DNA of 64,000 nucleotides from Pocillopora damicornis (Eukaryota): NCBI RefSeq assembly GCF_003704095.1, contig NW_020847750.1, positions 372,001 to 436,000 of the forward strand, read 5' to 3'. Shown piece by piece: positions 13,301 to 24,175 of this stretch (position 1 is its first letter; each line of letters starts with the position of its first letter). The notes under the pieces were generated by a model. It saw only the letters and a program-made list of their open reading frames with translations, ran no database searches and was not told where the DNA came from. The position numbers and the translations under genes were made by a program.

Positions 13301-13754
13301 TCAATCAATCTGACAGTTAGTCAGTCTATCAATCGGTCAGTAAATCAATCAATAGGCCAGTCAGTCAATCAGTCGGTCAATCAGTCAGTCAATTGGTCAG
13401 TCATTCAGTCAGTTAGGCAGGCAGTCAGTCAATCAGCAGTCGGTTAGTCCCTTGGTTAATCAATAAATCAATCAGCCAATAAGTCAATCAATCTATGACC
13501 GATTCGTTTGATAAATCGATTCAACCTTTCAGTTAGAATCTCTCGCTTCCTTTCTTGTCCCTCAGCTAGTACTAAAGAACAATCTATCTTTTATTAGAGA
13601 CTCGACTGAGATTGTCTTCGAGGACTTTTGCCATCCGTTTTACTTGCAGCAGTATGGAAAACTAAGGTTTTGGTACGGGGAAGACTTGAAGAAGCACAGT
13701 GACACTGACAACCAGGGGCAAGTCTGTTTCGACGTTCTGGCGCTGTTCATATAA
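10384..13754 (+). CDS. Small secreted protein B (~171 aa), paralog of protein A
   Basis: Exons 10384-10435 (MIFKFLFIVTISSVIAN+G), 11539-11683 (ALQEDDWKQLSLFPVC...LVAALKLKHQTGKIR), 12297-12458 (CTNNEAFDSNWGC...NIIVTDESNHVIYPREELIKDSSGMWYYLPLADA) and 13598-13754 (IDSTEIVFEDFCHPFYL...LRFWYGEDLKKHSDTDNQGQVCFDVLALFI*). All introns GT-AG and in phase. Essentially absent from the ORF track. Confidence 0.88.
10497..10764. mobile_element. MITE-like element with imperfect terminal inverted repeats
   Basis: Left end accagttgcaaaaaaaattgagaca; right end tgtctcaactacttttgcgactggt. Confidence 0.6.
10815..10913 (+). mobile_element. Penelope-like element terminal repeat fragment with minimal hammerhead ribozyme motif
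   Basis: gct-CTGACGA-a-gggc-taac-gctc-GAAA-a-GTC-agc, followed by the tail actctttacggtg.ccaatttacgttatcaactcagttgataa shared with three other loci in the window. Confidence 0.75.
12540..13520. repeat. Degenerate (AGTC/AATC)n tetranucleotide repeat filling intron 3 of gene B
   Basis: Dense agtc/aatc units, for example at 13320-13490. Confidence 0.85.
12616..12853. mobile_element. Penelope-like element end with head-to-head inverted repeat (two hammerhead remnants)
   Basis: Minus-strand copy 12616-12694 (ctgaagaagggctaacgctcgaagcgtcagc) abuts plus-strand copy 12700-12853 ending ccgacgcagcaccacggtttctttagaaact. Confidence 0.78.
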
Positions 13755-14188
13755 TCTCTTGGAAAAGAACAGCTTTATGAGAAATTTGGCGGGTTTATCT
13801 AACATTCATGTAATTTTAGCATGTTTAAAGTAAATGGGATTTAATAAAGGAATTTATGGAAATACAGGTTGTTCTATTATGTTACAAATGGCCGAAAAAA
13901 AGACTCCTTCAAGCACGGGTTGGTTCTTACTCACGAAAAAGAAAAAGGAGCTCTTTTTGGTCTAAGAGTTATAATAATATGCTCGTATCAGTTATGTTTC
14001 TCTCTCAAGAGTGCAATTTGAACTAATGCAAATCCGAAAGCCCCATTGAAGTCCTCTTATCTTCCTTGCAGGCTCCTCATTTCAGAAACAAAAGCAGTCC
14101 TACTTAGGGGCTTCGCCTGAGGCTGACCAATGATTCATATCAACAACGTCATATAAGACTCTTTACGAACCACAATGCACTTGTTAAA

Positions 14189-17100
14189 CTAGTTTTCCTT
14201 TACTTTCATTAGGCTTACTTGTCTAACACACAACGAAGTGTCCCGATCTCTCTCGATTCTGGACAAGTCGTACTTTTCTCTTCTCCCCAGATCTCCGACA
14301 CTCACGTATTCCATGGACATACCTTCGGCCAGATACGCACTCGAGGTGGTGTTGCTTCCCCAGGAACGCACTAAGCTCCCTGCGGGCTTGAAACAGCTCT
14401 GAAGAACATCCTTATTAGCGCGTCGGAAATTTTTGTTCAGGACTATGTAGAGATAGGGATTTATGGCGGAGTTAAGGTGTGATATGCCAAACGCTATCAA
14501 CATTATTATAGGTGATATCGCATTGTAAATTTGTAGATTGAACTTTGCCAATAAGTGAATCACTTGCGCAGGAAGCCAGAAGAGGGCAAAAACAATAACG
14601 ATAATGACGAGCATTTTGATAGTTCTTTTCTTGCTCGCTTCTGCATGCCTGATGTTTGTAGCTGATGGATTCCCAGGGATTCTTCGCACCCAGAGCTTCA
14701 ATGAAACGATGCTGTAAAAGATGGCGATGAGGAACAGTGGAACCAAGTAAAGAGAAACGAAAATGAAAATAAAATAGGTTCGGAACGCCTTGCTGTGATC
14801 AGTAATGGGCGGTTCCCATCGCTGAACGCAATGATAATTATTGTCCCCCCCTAATAGCACTTTGTGAGCATACAAATACGGTGATGCAAACAAGATCGAC
14901 AAGGCCCAGACGATCGAGCTCATCACAGAAATCTTGCGGATTACCTTAGGACGATTAAACGGGTAAACTACAGCGAAAAAACGGTCCAACGCAATTACCA
15001 CCAAAGAGAATATAGAAGCTGCAATGGACAATGGAACTGAAAACATCAACAATTTGCATGTGACCGTTCCCAAGACACCTCCAAACCATCGAGTCTGTAT
15101 GAAGGTGTAGGCGACCACATAAGGCATGGCGCTAAATGTCATAATAAGATCTGCTGTGGCCATGTTCGCAATCAGGCAGTTGGTAACTGATCGCAGGTAA
15201 GGTTTACTCCACACAATGTAAATCGTCATGGAGTTTCCGGTTAAAGAAAACAAGAACATCGTACTGTAGACGACGGTAATTATAACTTTGTGCGCATATG
15301 TTGGGAGTTGTGGAATATTATTCCGCCAAGCCTGGGTGTCATTAAACGAGTCTGGAAAGTAACATTATAATGTAAGGTTAATAACACAGTCACTTTAAGA
15401 ATTCGTCTAATCATATAATCATTGTTTTTAGTCCGTTTCGGTCAACCTAACTCAGTCAATAAGCATTTTATCTTATCACCACTGACTTTTGAAAATTTCT
15501 AAAATTTTTGTATCAACTTAAATGGAATGCTATAGACGGGCACACACGGGAAAAACACAAAAATTGTACAATTAAAGCTTTCCCTTGTCTTTTAGAGGCA
15601 GAAAAAAACATTCACGATTTTATGGAAAACTCGCCTTTTTTTTACTCTTTTCCTTTTTTTAAGTTCTTGTAACAAAGCCGTGTGAGTGCGGGGCCGGACG
15701 GCCTTTTCCTTATTCGATCTTTTAAAAGTGCGAAGACAAATTGCAGAGAAAAAGCGACATCGTTCGAAGGATATGAAGGACATTTCAAAAATTTTAATAA
15801 TCATGATTTACTTTTAATTAAAAGCTTTCTAAATTAGGAAATGGCTGAAAAAGTCGCAAGAAACTTACTGCCCTAAATTTGCAGCATTCTATGTCCACGC
15901 TGACAAGTGCCCGAGAGAGAAGGAACAATTAATCTCTAGAAGATGTTAACGTCATCCTATCACCATTTCAATTCGGCGTCTAACTTGCAGCTCGGTTATG
16001 CCCCAGTTACTGAAACCCTGAGGCGAGGCGTTACGTCGATCATTTTCATTCAAGGATAGCATGTTTCATCTTTTTTCACCATCATTAAAGCTAATTTCCT
16101 CAACAGAGAGAAGTAATGTATTTCGTATAGGATAACTGCTGATCAGCGGTTTTTTAACCATTACCAAAAAGAAACGCTTGGGTCTTTCAGTTAAACTGCT
16201 CTTTGCCATTCCAACATTTATTTTAGCAGGAAGATAAGATTTGGAGGTGTATCACTTAATCAGAAGCCGTATAGATACGAAAGAAATCTCTGTGCCATGT
16301 AATCAATGATTTCCCCGGGGATGTTATTTCTTTTCCTTCATCAATCATTTGTTTTCTTTCAATGAAAGTTTGGTGTTTTTTTTTTTTTGGTTTTTTTTTT
16401 CAATTTTTCTTAACATATGTAATACGGGCAGGTCCATTTAAGGAATAGTTATCAGCATTTGATCTCTCACTAGCCGACTCTGAAAGGCGCAGTTTTCATT
16501 TCCTTTGCCTTCATAAAAACTACGTGGGGGTTTAATCTCTCGATGGATTCTACGGGGGTTAGATTTTGAAACTGACTTCCAATGTCATGTCTTCTAAGGC
16601 AGTTGAGTGTTGATAAGTCAACCGAATTGAATGAAAATGTAGGCGAATTGATAAATCTGACGAGTTGGGGGCGACTCAATGCCTTTTTGCCTCAAATATT
16701 GTTTTACAGGAGCGATCAAATGTACATTGAAAAAAATCTTTTATGGATCGGAAGTTTGCGATCACGCACGAGACCTTAAATATACAGAGTACTCAAGCAC
16801 TTGCTATGAAGTCTTTATAGTTGAAAATTTATATCTTTAACGGAACTGCTATAGAGAGTTTTAATATACCTAGAAATGTTTGGGGAAAGCTAAGATCTGG
16901 TGTACCCTTCCTCGACTTTAGGAAGTCCTCGACTCGAATATTTGTCTAGGATTGTAAACAAAGATTGCGAATATTCATTTTCCGCGTAGTGCTGAGAAAG
17001 AAACTGCGCGGGAAGCCTTTAGAAACTGTTCTTTGAAAGATTCCCCCTACGCTAAAAAGATCTTAACTTTTAATTTTATTTTACTACCTTTCTTCACAAT

Positions 17101-17495
17101 TTCTCTCATGGAAGGAAATATGATAAAGCAATTGTTATTTCAAAATGAATAGAAGTCACAGTATAACTACCTATTACGGCGATAATTTACTAAACACAAC
17201 CCACGCCTGCCTGCATGTATGATACTGCCTCAGCTCGGAATTTGCTTAAAATTTCGTTCTCGTTATCACCCTTTTTTGTTTTAATCGTTTATTAAGTAAC
17301 ACTTGTTGTTTACCAGTTTAGTTCAGGCACTCACTCGTAGAGTATTCTGTCCGGCAAAGTCTGAAGAAAATGCACCACAGTCAAACCGCCAAGACTTAAC
17401 ATATTTGCCCAGCTTCATGGTGGATATTTTGAATAAGACATGCAGTATCTCTAAGACCGTCGTAAAAACTTACCATTTGAAACAGAAACATTCAT
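14189..17495 (-). CDS. Class A neuropeptide-receptor-like GPCR, ~394 aa (GPCR2), paralog of GPCR1
   Basis: Coding exons 17495-17474 (MNVSVSN+G, gtaagt) and 15351-14189 (acceptor tttccag, phase 1, in frame with ORF 15259-14189). GN, NMATAD, TCK, DRF, FWLP and NPYLY motifs. Same 22-nt first coding exon and N|DS junction as GPCR1. Confidence 0.92.
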
Positions 17496-18242
17496 TCTGA
17501 TGCTTCAAGTTTCCTTTCAGCAAACCGTCTGCTTTTTGACTTGAAATGCCTTCAAAAAAAGGGTTGACTGACGTTATTAAATGGTTTTTAACTCCAGAAT
17601 GCGTTGCAGAAAATGACAAACATGGTGAATGTTCAGCCGCCTTTTAAAACCTTTCATTGGCCGATTTCCGCGCGAGATGATATGCCAGCGTTTGAAAAAA
17701 TTAAACCGATAAGAAATCTTCCTTTATTTATTTTAGTTCATGAAATAATTGCTATTGTTAAAATTCGTGAGAGAAAGATGATTTCATCCCATTTGTGTTT
17801 GATGGTCTGACAGTGCCATTTTTAAAAAATAAAAAAGGTATTATCCGGTTTTGACTCGTCAGAGAACATTAAACACTACGCAAAGTAAATAGTTGGAAAT
17901 GTAGAAAAAGGATTTAAAAACAAACCAAAACATTTAAACCAGAATGATACACAGAAAGGGAAAAGGTGTAAAAAGACGAGACAAAACTAAATAAACAAAC
18001 AACCAATGCATTTTGCCCATGAATCCATTACTTGCTTTTTCAATCAACAGCACGATCTAACCTCCCCGTTTAGAATCCAGTACGTGCACAGTATAAATTA
18101 AAGGTTCTAGAGTAAAACGTGCCATGCATCGAAGAGAAAATTACTTCTTAATCTTCCGAAATGATATTTGCCCTTCCAGTACCGATAAATAAATGTAATG
18201 AAAGGGAAACATGAGAAGTTTGCAATTTGGTCGGCGACATTG

Positions 18243-18480
18243 TAATTAACAATTATTCACCACTTTCACCCACACTGAGGTAAATAATCATTTTAGTATA
18301 TACCACACAGAAACCAAAATAAAAATGTTAATTTTTGTCAATATACCGGAAAATTGGCGGAAATCAAGATCGCAATTTTTTTCTCTTCGCCTGCACAGAG
18401 TTGAATAGTACTTGTTTATCTTCTTCGAACTAGCCAATCAGCGCGCGTGAGATGGACTATTCACGTGTTGTAGATACTTA
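18243..18480. repeat. Dispersed repeat of a type common in coral genomes
   Basis: aattattcacc...gaggtaaataatcattttagtatatac...gccaatcagcgcgcg...ctattcac. Recognised from recall of coral repeats; only one copy in this window. Confidence 0.4.
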
Positions 18481-19871
18481 TTGTTACCATTAATATGGTC
18501 CAATAATTGACACAGTGATACAAGGTCACGGAACCACGGAGACATTCAAAGGCCTCTCATTAAAATAAACGTGCCCAGATTGATTTGCTCGACGTTTTAT
18601 CAAGCGACAAATAAAGTATACTAAAAGAGCGTGACCAATCCATTTTGCTGATGTCATTAGACAGTGTGTGTGCGTAGTATTACGTACTGAAGAAGGCAGC
18701 GCTGACAAAATTTGTCGAGAAAATGGTTTAATGGTTGTAAATTTAGTTTTTTTGCCCACTTACCCTGCTCTACGAGGAAGGAAGTTACTCGAAAAGAGCC
18801 ATTAGCAACCGTAATTGATTTACGCTGATCATAAAACTTTGTTTTATTGTAGCTAATAATGTGTAAAATTGTGTGCAACTCCAAAAATTAAAGACCATTT
18901 TGGAAACATTAAGTTCTTTCTCTAGTTGTTAAGGTTTGTAAAAGAAATACTAATTTTCAAAATGGCCATAATTTATCCATTTTCAGTTCTTTTTGTGAAT
19001 TTCCGGTCAAAGTCGACTTTAATTAATCAAACAGAATTACACGACATTTAGGCTTTCTAAAATATAGGTACATCATTCTATTTTGGCGATGGTCAAGGGC
19101 AGAGAGGGAAATGAGGAAAAACCGAACGTCTAATGAGCATTTAGCTCCTCTATTAAAAAAAACCGGAAATTTTTTAGTATTGAAACTTTGATTAATTAAG
19201 GCCCTCCAAGATTTCTACGCAACATTCGATTGGCAATGTCTTTTTTCTTGTAAAACGAATTTCCAGGTTTTTCTCTGTTCATGTCTCACGATGGTTATCG
19301 CATGAACGTGACTGAAAAGATGATAACTCGTGCGTGATTGGAATTTTTAAACATGGATAGGTGAACCTTAAGCTTTGAGAATTCGTGCATTCACGAATCA
19401 GTGTCTTTTCAATAAAAGACTATTTTTTTGGAATATGAAAGACGAAAAAAATATCCTATGTATGCGCCATGTACTCATATGTAAGCCAAAAACTATCGTG
19501 AAAGGAATATTGCGAAACACATTTACACTACTTAATAGTGCATGGAACCTGCCTGATTCTGTTTGCGATAATCTGATAATCTAAACTTCAATTTTTCTCG
19601 TCGTCAATAACAAGCCATACTCCAAAACAACTGTCAATTAAGCTGGGTCGCTATGGAGACCACATTATGTCAATTATTTAAACGCTATCCCGATTATGAC
19701 GTAAGAAGGTTAGAAAAGTGATAGTTAATTTTGCAGTTGTCATGGTTACAATTTCCTCAAATCAAGGTAATCCTTGTCAGTTTGTTACGTAATAGGCATC
19801 ACTGGAATACAGCCCAAAGTAAGGCCTTATTTCTCCTTTTTTTTTTCCTTTTTTTCTTCCCAAAAGGGAGG

Positions 19872-20108
19872 GAGGCACTTAACTCAGCGCGAGGCGTGCT
19901 AAAATAAAATTTATAAGGAAAGCTGTATCTGTTTTAAATCTCTAAACTGCCCAGCTTGGAAACACGAAGCAAGTCCCTAATTTTCCTTTTCTTTTTATTT
20001 AAGTGGAGAGAGGCACTTAACTCAGCGCGAGGCGTGCTGAAATAAAATTTACAAGGAAAGCTGAATCTGTTTAATTCTTTAACTGCCTAGCTTGGAAACA
20101 TGAAGCAA
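19872..20108. repeat. Tandem duplication, period ~138 bp, 2 copies
   Basis: gaggcacttaactcagcgcgaggcgtgct...agcttggaaaca.gaagcaa starts at 19872 and at 20010. Confidence 0.9.
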
Positions 20109-21523
20109 TTTATCACCGAATTCTGTGTCTTCGGTGCTGTTAGCACGCGTAGCACATGGATCAAATCATTTATCATGACTACGACTTCTACACATATATT
20201 CAATCTGGTTTGAACCTTCACGCATCGATTTCTCCAACCTTACTGAACACTTTACGAGGAAGAATTTTTCGGATAGCTTTCGCCGAATTGCTTGCCGATT
20301 TTAACATACTTTGGGCTGTACAGTTTAAGAAAGCAGATGTCGCAGTTCATAGTAACCCAATCATATATACCCTAAAATCGACTCGAGTTTTTTTTTTTTT
20401 TTTTGTGACAAGAACTGCTTTACAAATAACACAAACTGTTTAAAATACCTTTTCTGAAGCTTTAGATGGGACGATTCCTCGTTTCCTTTTTCTCACAAAT
20501 AAATGATATGCCAGCAAAAGTGGAAGACATCATGTATATGAGGAGACAACTATGCCAATCAAAACACTATAAATCCCTTCTCATCTTGCGCTCGTAATTC
20601 TATTTACTATGTTGCAGTCAACTTCTTGTTTATATCCCGAATTAATTTCCGGTTTAAGAGTGTTTGATTTCGTTCGCTTGCAATATTTGTTTTTTTTTTG
20701 TTCTTTTTTTTAGCTCATTTTCTTTTATTTATCATTTATAAAATAAATGTGTTTTGTCACGTTGGTAAGATGAACAACAAAACTATAGACCAGTTACAAA
20801 GGGGGTGCTTTTGGCAATTTCGTGATTCAAAAATACTCAGATCAGAATAATAATGACGAACTAAATGAATCGACATTAGTTTCTGGCTGAAGTCGTTTGA
20901 GAACTTGATTTATTTTATTTCACCTGCACTGCTTTTAGTTATGGCGGTCGATATATTTTGCTTTCACTGCAGGAGGCCAGCTCAGGATTTTGTTTGGATT
21001 AAAACGCCTGTTTATTTCTAGAAAGTAAATTAAAAGTGTGTTTGAAGTTCTGAACGGAAGCTGTCATGTCAATATTGATTTCACCCGCACAATTTTAAAA
21101 GCATAAGCCGATTTTGGGGCGGTCGGCAGAGTTAAAGCAAGCCCGCTGGAGCAATTTCGAACACGCAAAGTATGAATGACGATTATATCAGCTTTTAGAA
21201 CCTTTATCAGCAGTAAACGTAATTTCCTTTTTCAAATAGAAAAAAATGTAAAATTACAAAATGTAATTTAATAAGACTTTCAGTTTCATTCAAATGCGCC
21301 CATCTTCCGTTTCTTTGACGTCATCATCACAAAGTTTTCTTTGCCTGTTTCGAGACCAAATGAAATTTCGCTGAGAGACCGACCACTTCTATGTTATTTA
21401 ATTTTTTTGTTTATTAGAATAAAATCGATAAGAAGTAGCAGAAATAAGAGGAAGGGGAAGGCCAGGGGAAATGAAAATTATTCGACGGGCGCATGAAAGT
21501 CAGTCGCAGTCTGGTAACAATTG

Positions 21524-21771
21524 CAATTTCGCTTTCTAAAGTACATCTCGTAAGAAGGAGGAACCTTTTGCGTAACCAAGAAATTTTTTTCTTATAGTAA
21601 AAAATGGAAAAGTGTTACAGAATATTTTCCTTTACGATATGTTCAATTACAATTTCGCTTTCTAAAGTACATCTCGTAAGAAGGAGGAACCTTTTGCATC
21701 ACCAATAAATTTTTTCTTACAGTAAAAATGGAAAAGTATTACAGAATATTTTCCTTTACGATATGTTCAAT
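21524..21771. repeat. Tandem duplication, period ~126 bp, 2 copies
   Basis: caatttcgctttctaaagtacatctcgtaagaaggaggaacc...cctttacgatatgttcaat starts at 21524 and at 21650. Confidence 0.92.
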
Positions 21772-23973
21772 GCCTCTTTTTTGTTAAATGAAATAAGAGA
21801 GAAAGCGAAACGGTCTTTGAAAATGTAAGAATTACCTATCATTACGGAAGATGCGACACTTTATTTTACCAAAAAACTGTAATTCATTAATAAATGCCTC
21901 GAGATTTTAGGATTGTTCATATTCAGAACCAAGAGACAAAAGTTCTATTTTAGAAATCGTACTTCGTAGATGAGAAAAGATTTGACACGATCAAGGGCGG
22001 CTGGGGAGAAAAGAGGGGGGGGGGGTTATTTGTATGAGCCTTTATTTTTAGTTGATGACGACATGGAGGTCGACATGACAATTTGTTGAGTGCCCTCTGT
22101 TGGACAAAGTGTGACATTCCCCCCCACCCTCCTTCCCCTTTGAAAACTCCTGGCTACGCCCCTGAGGATGTAATTTTCTTTTTTTGTTTTTCATTCGTGA
22201 AAGGGCGTGATTCATTAAACTTGCTTCCAGTATTGGTAGTGGTTACTTAGAAAAGTAAACGGGCATCCAACATATACGCAAAGAGGGCGGGGATCGGTTA
22301 GATGTAACATGCTGGGTGCATAATTATCAGTAGCCGTCTGGTCAAAAATACGCTTTCGTTTCTTTCAGTACACCTCTAGAGGGAAGACTCTAATGCATAA
22401 CTAAGCAATGTTTCCTTTTCGAAAAATGGACACAGTTACTGCAAATCACGTTCTTTTTTTTTTTTTTTACTTACTATGCGAAGATCAAGTCTTTATTTGC
22501 CCATAGCTTCCCTCGTGAATGTGCAGAAAATGATAAAAAAAAAAAAGAAATGGATTTTGGAAAGGTAAATACATCTATTTTTCCGGAAGATGCGAAGCCT
22601 TCTCTAACCGAAAAACTAGCATTAATTTGAACGAATGCGTCGTGTTTTATAGGATTATTCAAAACAAAACGCAAAAGGAAGCGAAAGAAGATGTTTTTTG
22701 TTTCGTCAATAATACTCTTAATAAGTTTTTTTTTCCTTTTTTTTCAGAAGAGTCTGATTCTAAAATTTCCTTCCAATTTTGGACCCGTTTCGTTAAAAAA
22801 GTAAAAGGAGCTTCTGATATAGTTGAAAATGTGGTTGAACTTTGATATCTCAGAAGCGCCGAGTCGTTTGCGTAAAAAAATTGCGAATGCCTATCGTAGG
22901 TGAAGAAAACAAAGAGCATAGTGAAGACTACTCCAGCGAATAATGTATGTAAGTGAAAATGTTCCTGCTCGATATTTTATCTCCAAATAAGAAAAAGTTA
23001 ACCAGCGACCGGTAATATAAGCTTACCTGGTGTTAGCACTTTGTGATACCCCACGTAAGACTCAGATCATAAACAGGAAGAGAGCCAGCGTGCTGGAAAA
23101 TTCTAGAGCTCGCAAGACGTTAATCTACATTGGAAAGCGTTCGGAATGAAAACTTCCTAACTCTTAAGAGCCTCTCTCATTAAAACAAATTCTGAATCTG
23201 AAGTTGACAGACTAGAATATACTAATTAAAAAGTACGTGTAATCTACGTCAAAATGTATAATCAGCTGGTGTTTTCTCACTTAAAAGAACGAAATTTCTG
23301 ACACTTTAAGTAGCTTTTTTTCCATTGAAATCCATTAAGAATTGTTCATTTTGGGGTTCCATGGTGTTATTGTTTGTATATGTCATTAAAGTTTGAACAA
23401 GCTGCAAAATGATCTTCAGCGGATCACAGATTTAGAGGTAAAGTTTATTTATTTGCGCGCTGGTGTCGCAAGCGCGTACTCGACCTTTAGCATAAGTTGA
23501 AAAACGGACAAAGGCTTAATTAGTCCTCCAGGATGTTAGATTTGAAATGAGAAATTTTTCTATCTCGCTGAAGGTGGCTTCCTTAAATTAGATGCGGCTT
23601 TCATAGTCTTTCAAAACGGAGCTAACAATCCAATCTTTTAACAAATATTGCTCATATATGCCCTTTTAACATAAACAGCGACCAAAACATTTTGTATCTA
23701 AATGAGGATATTCCTTTTTGTAAAGAACAATTTACGTCTTCTTAAATATCGATGTATTATTCGTAATGTGATCAAAATTCGTCGATTTAATTTCAAAGAT
23801 GAATACATTACACATCAGTAATACGGCTCCTTCATACGTTTCTAGTGGAAGTTGTATATAAATGCTAGAATAACCTCCCTCTACAGAACCACGAAGTACA
23901 GTGAGAGCACCACCGTATCCACTGCAAGGATGGGAGGGTACAATCTTACGCTTAAATGTATTGGAAAATTGCT

Positions 23974-24175
23974 TTAACCTTTGAAACCGTAAGAGGCCCA
24001 GCATCTAATTCTCCTGGCAGTAACAGAGTGGAATCATTCTTTAACATCATAAGAATAAAAAAAAATGATCACAAACATAAGAAGTTTTGATTGTTAGAAA
24101 AATTATCCATGTCATTGCCGAAGAAAGGTACAATTGAAGAGGAGATGTTGACGCTGATGTTAGGGTGGAAAGGCA
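23974..24175. mobile_element. Degenerate piggyBac-type MITE, same family as 27698-28122
   Basis: ttaacctttg...agcatctaattctcct...ttgattgtta...ctgatgttagggtggaaagg matches the outer element at 27698-28122. Confidence 0.6.

Noticed and set aside
17088-17109. Alternative 22-nt first coding exon for GPCR2 (MREIVKK+G)
   Set aside because: Phase-compatible, but it has a weaker donor and no similarity to GPCR1. Exon 17495-17474 has gtaagt, glycosylation sequons and matches the paralog.
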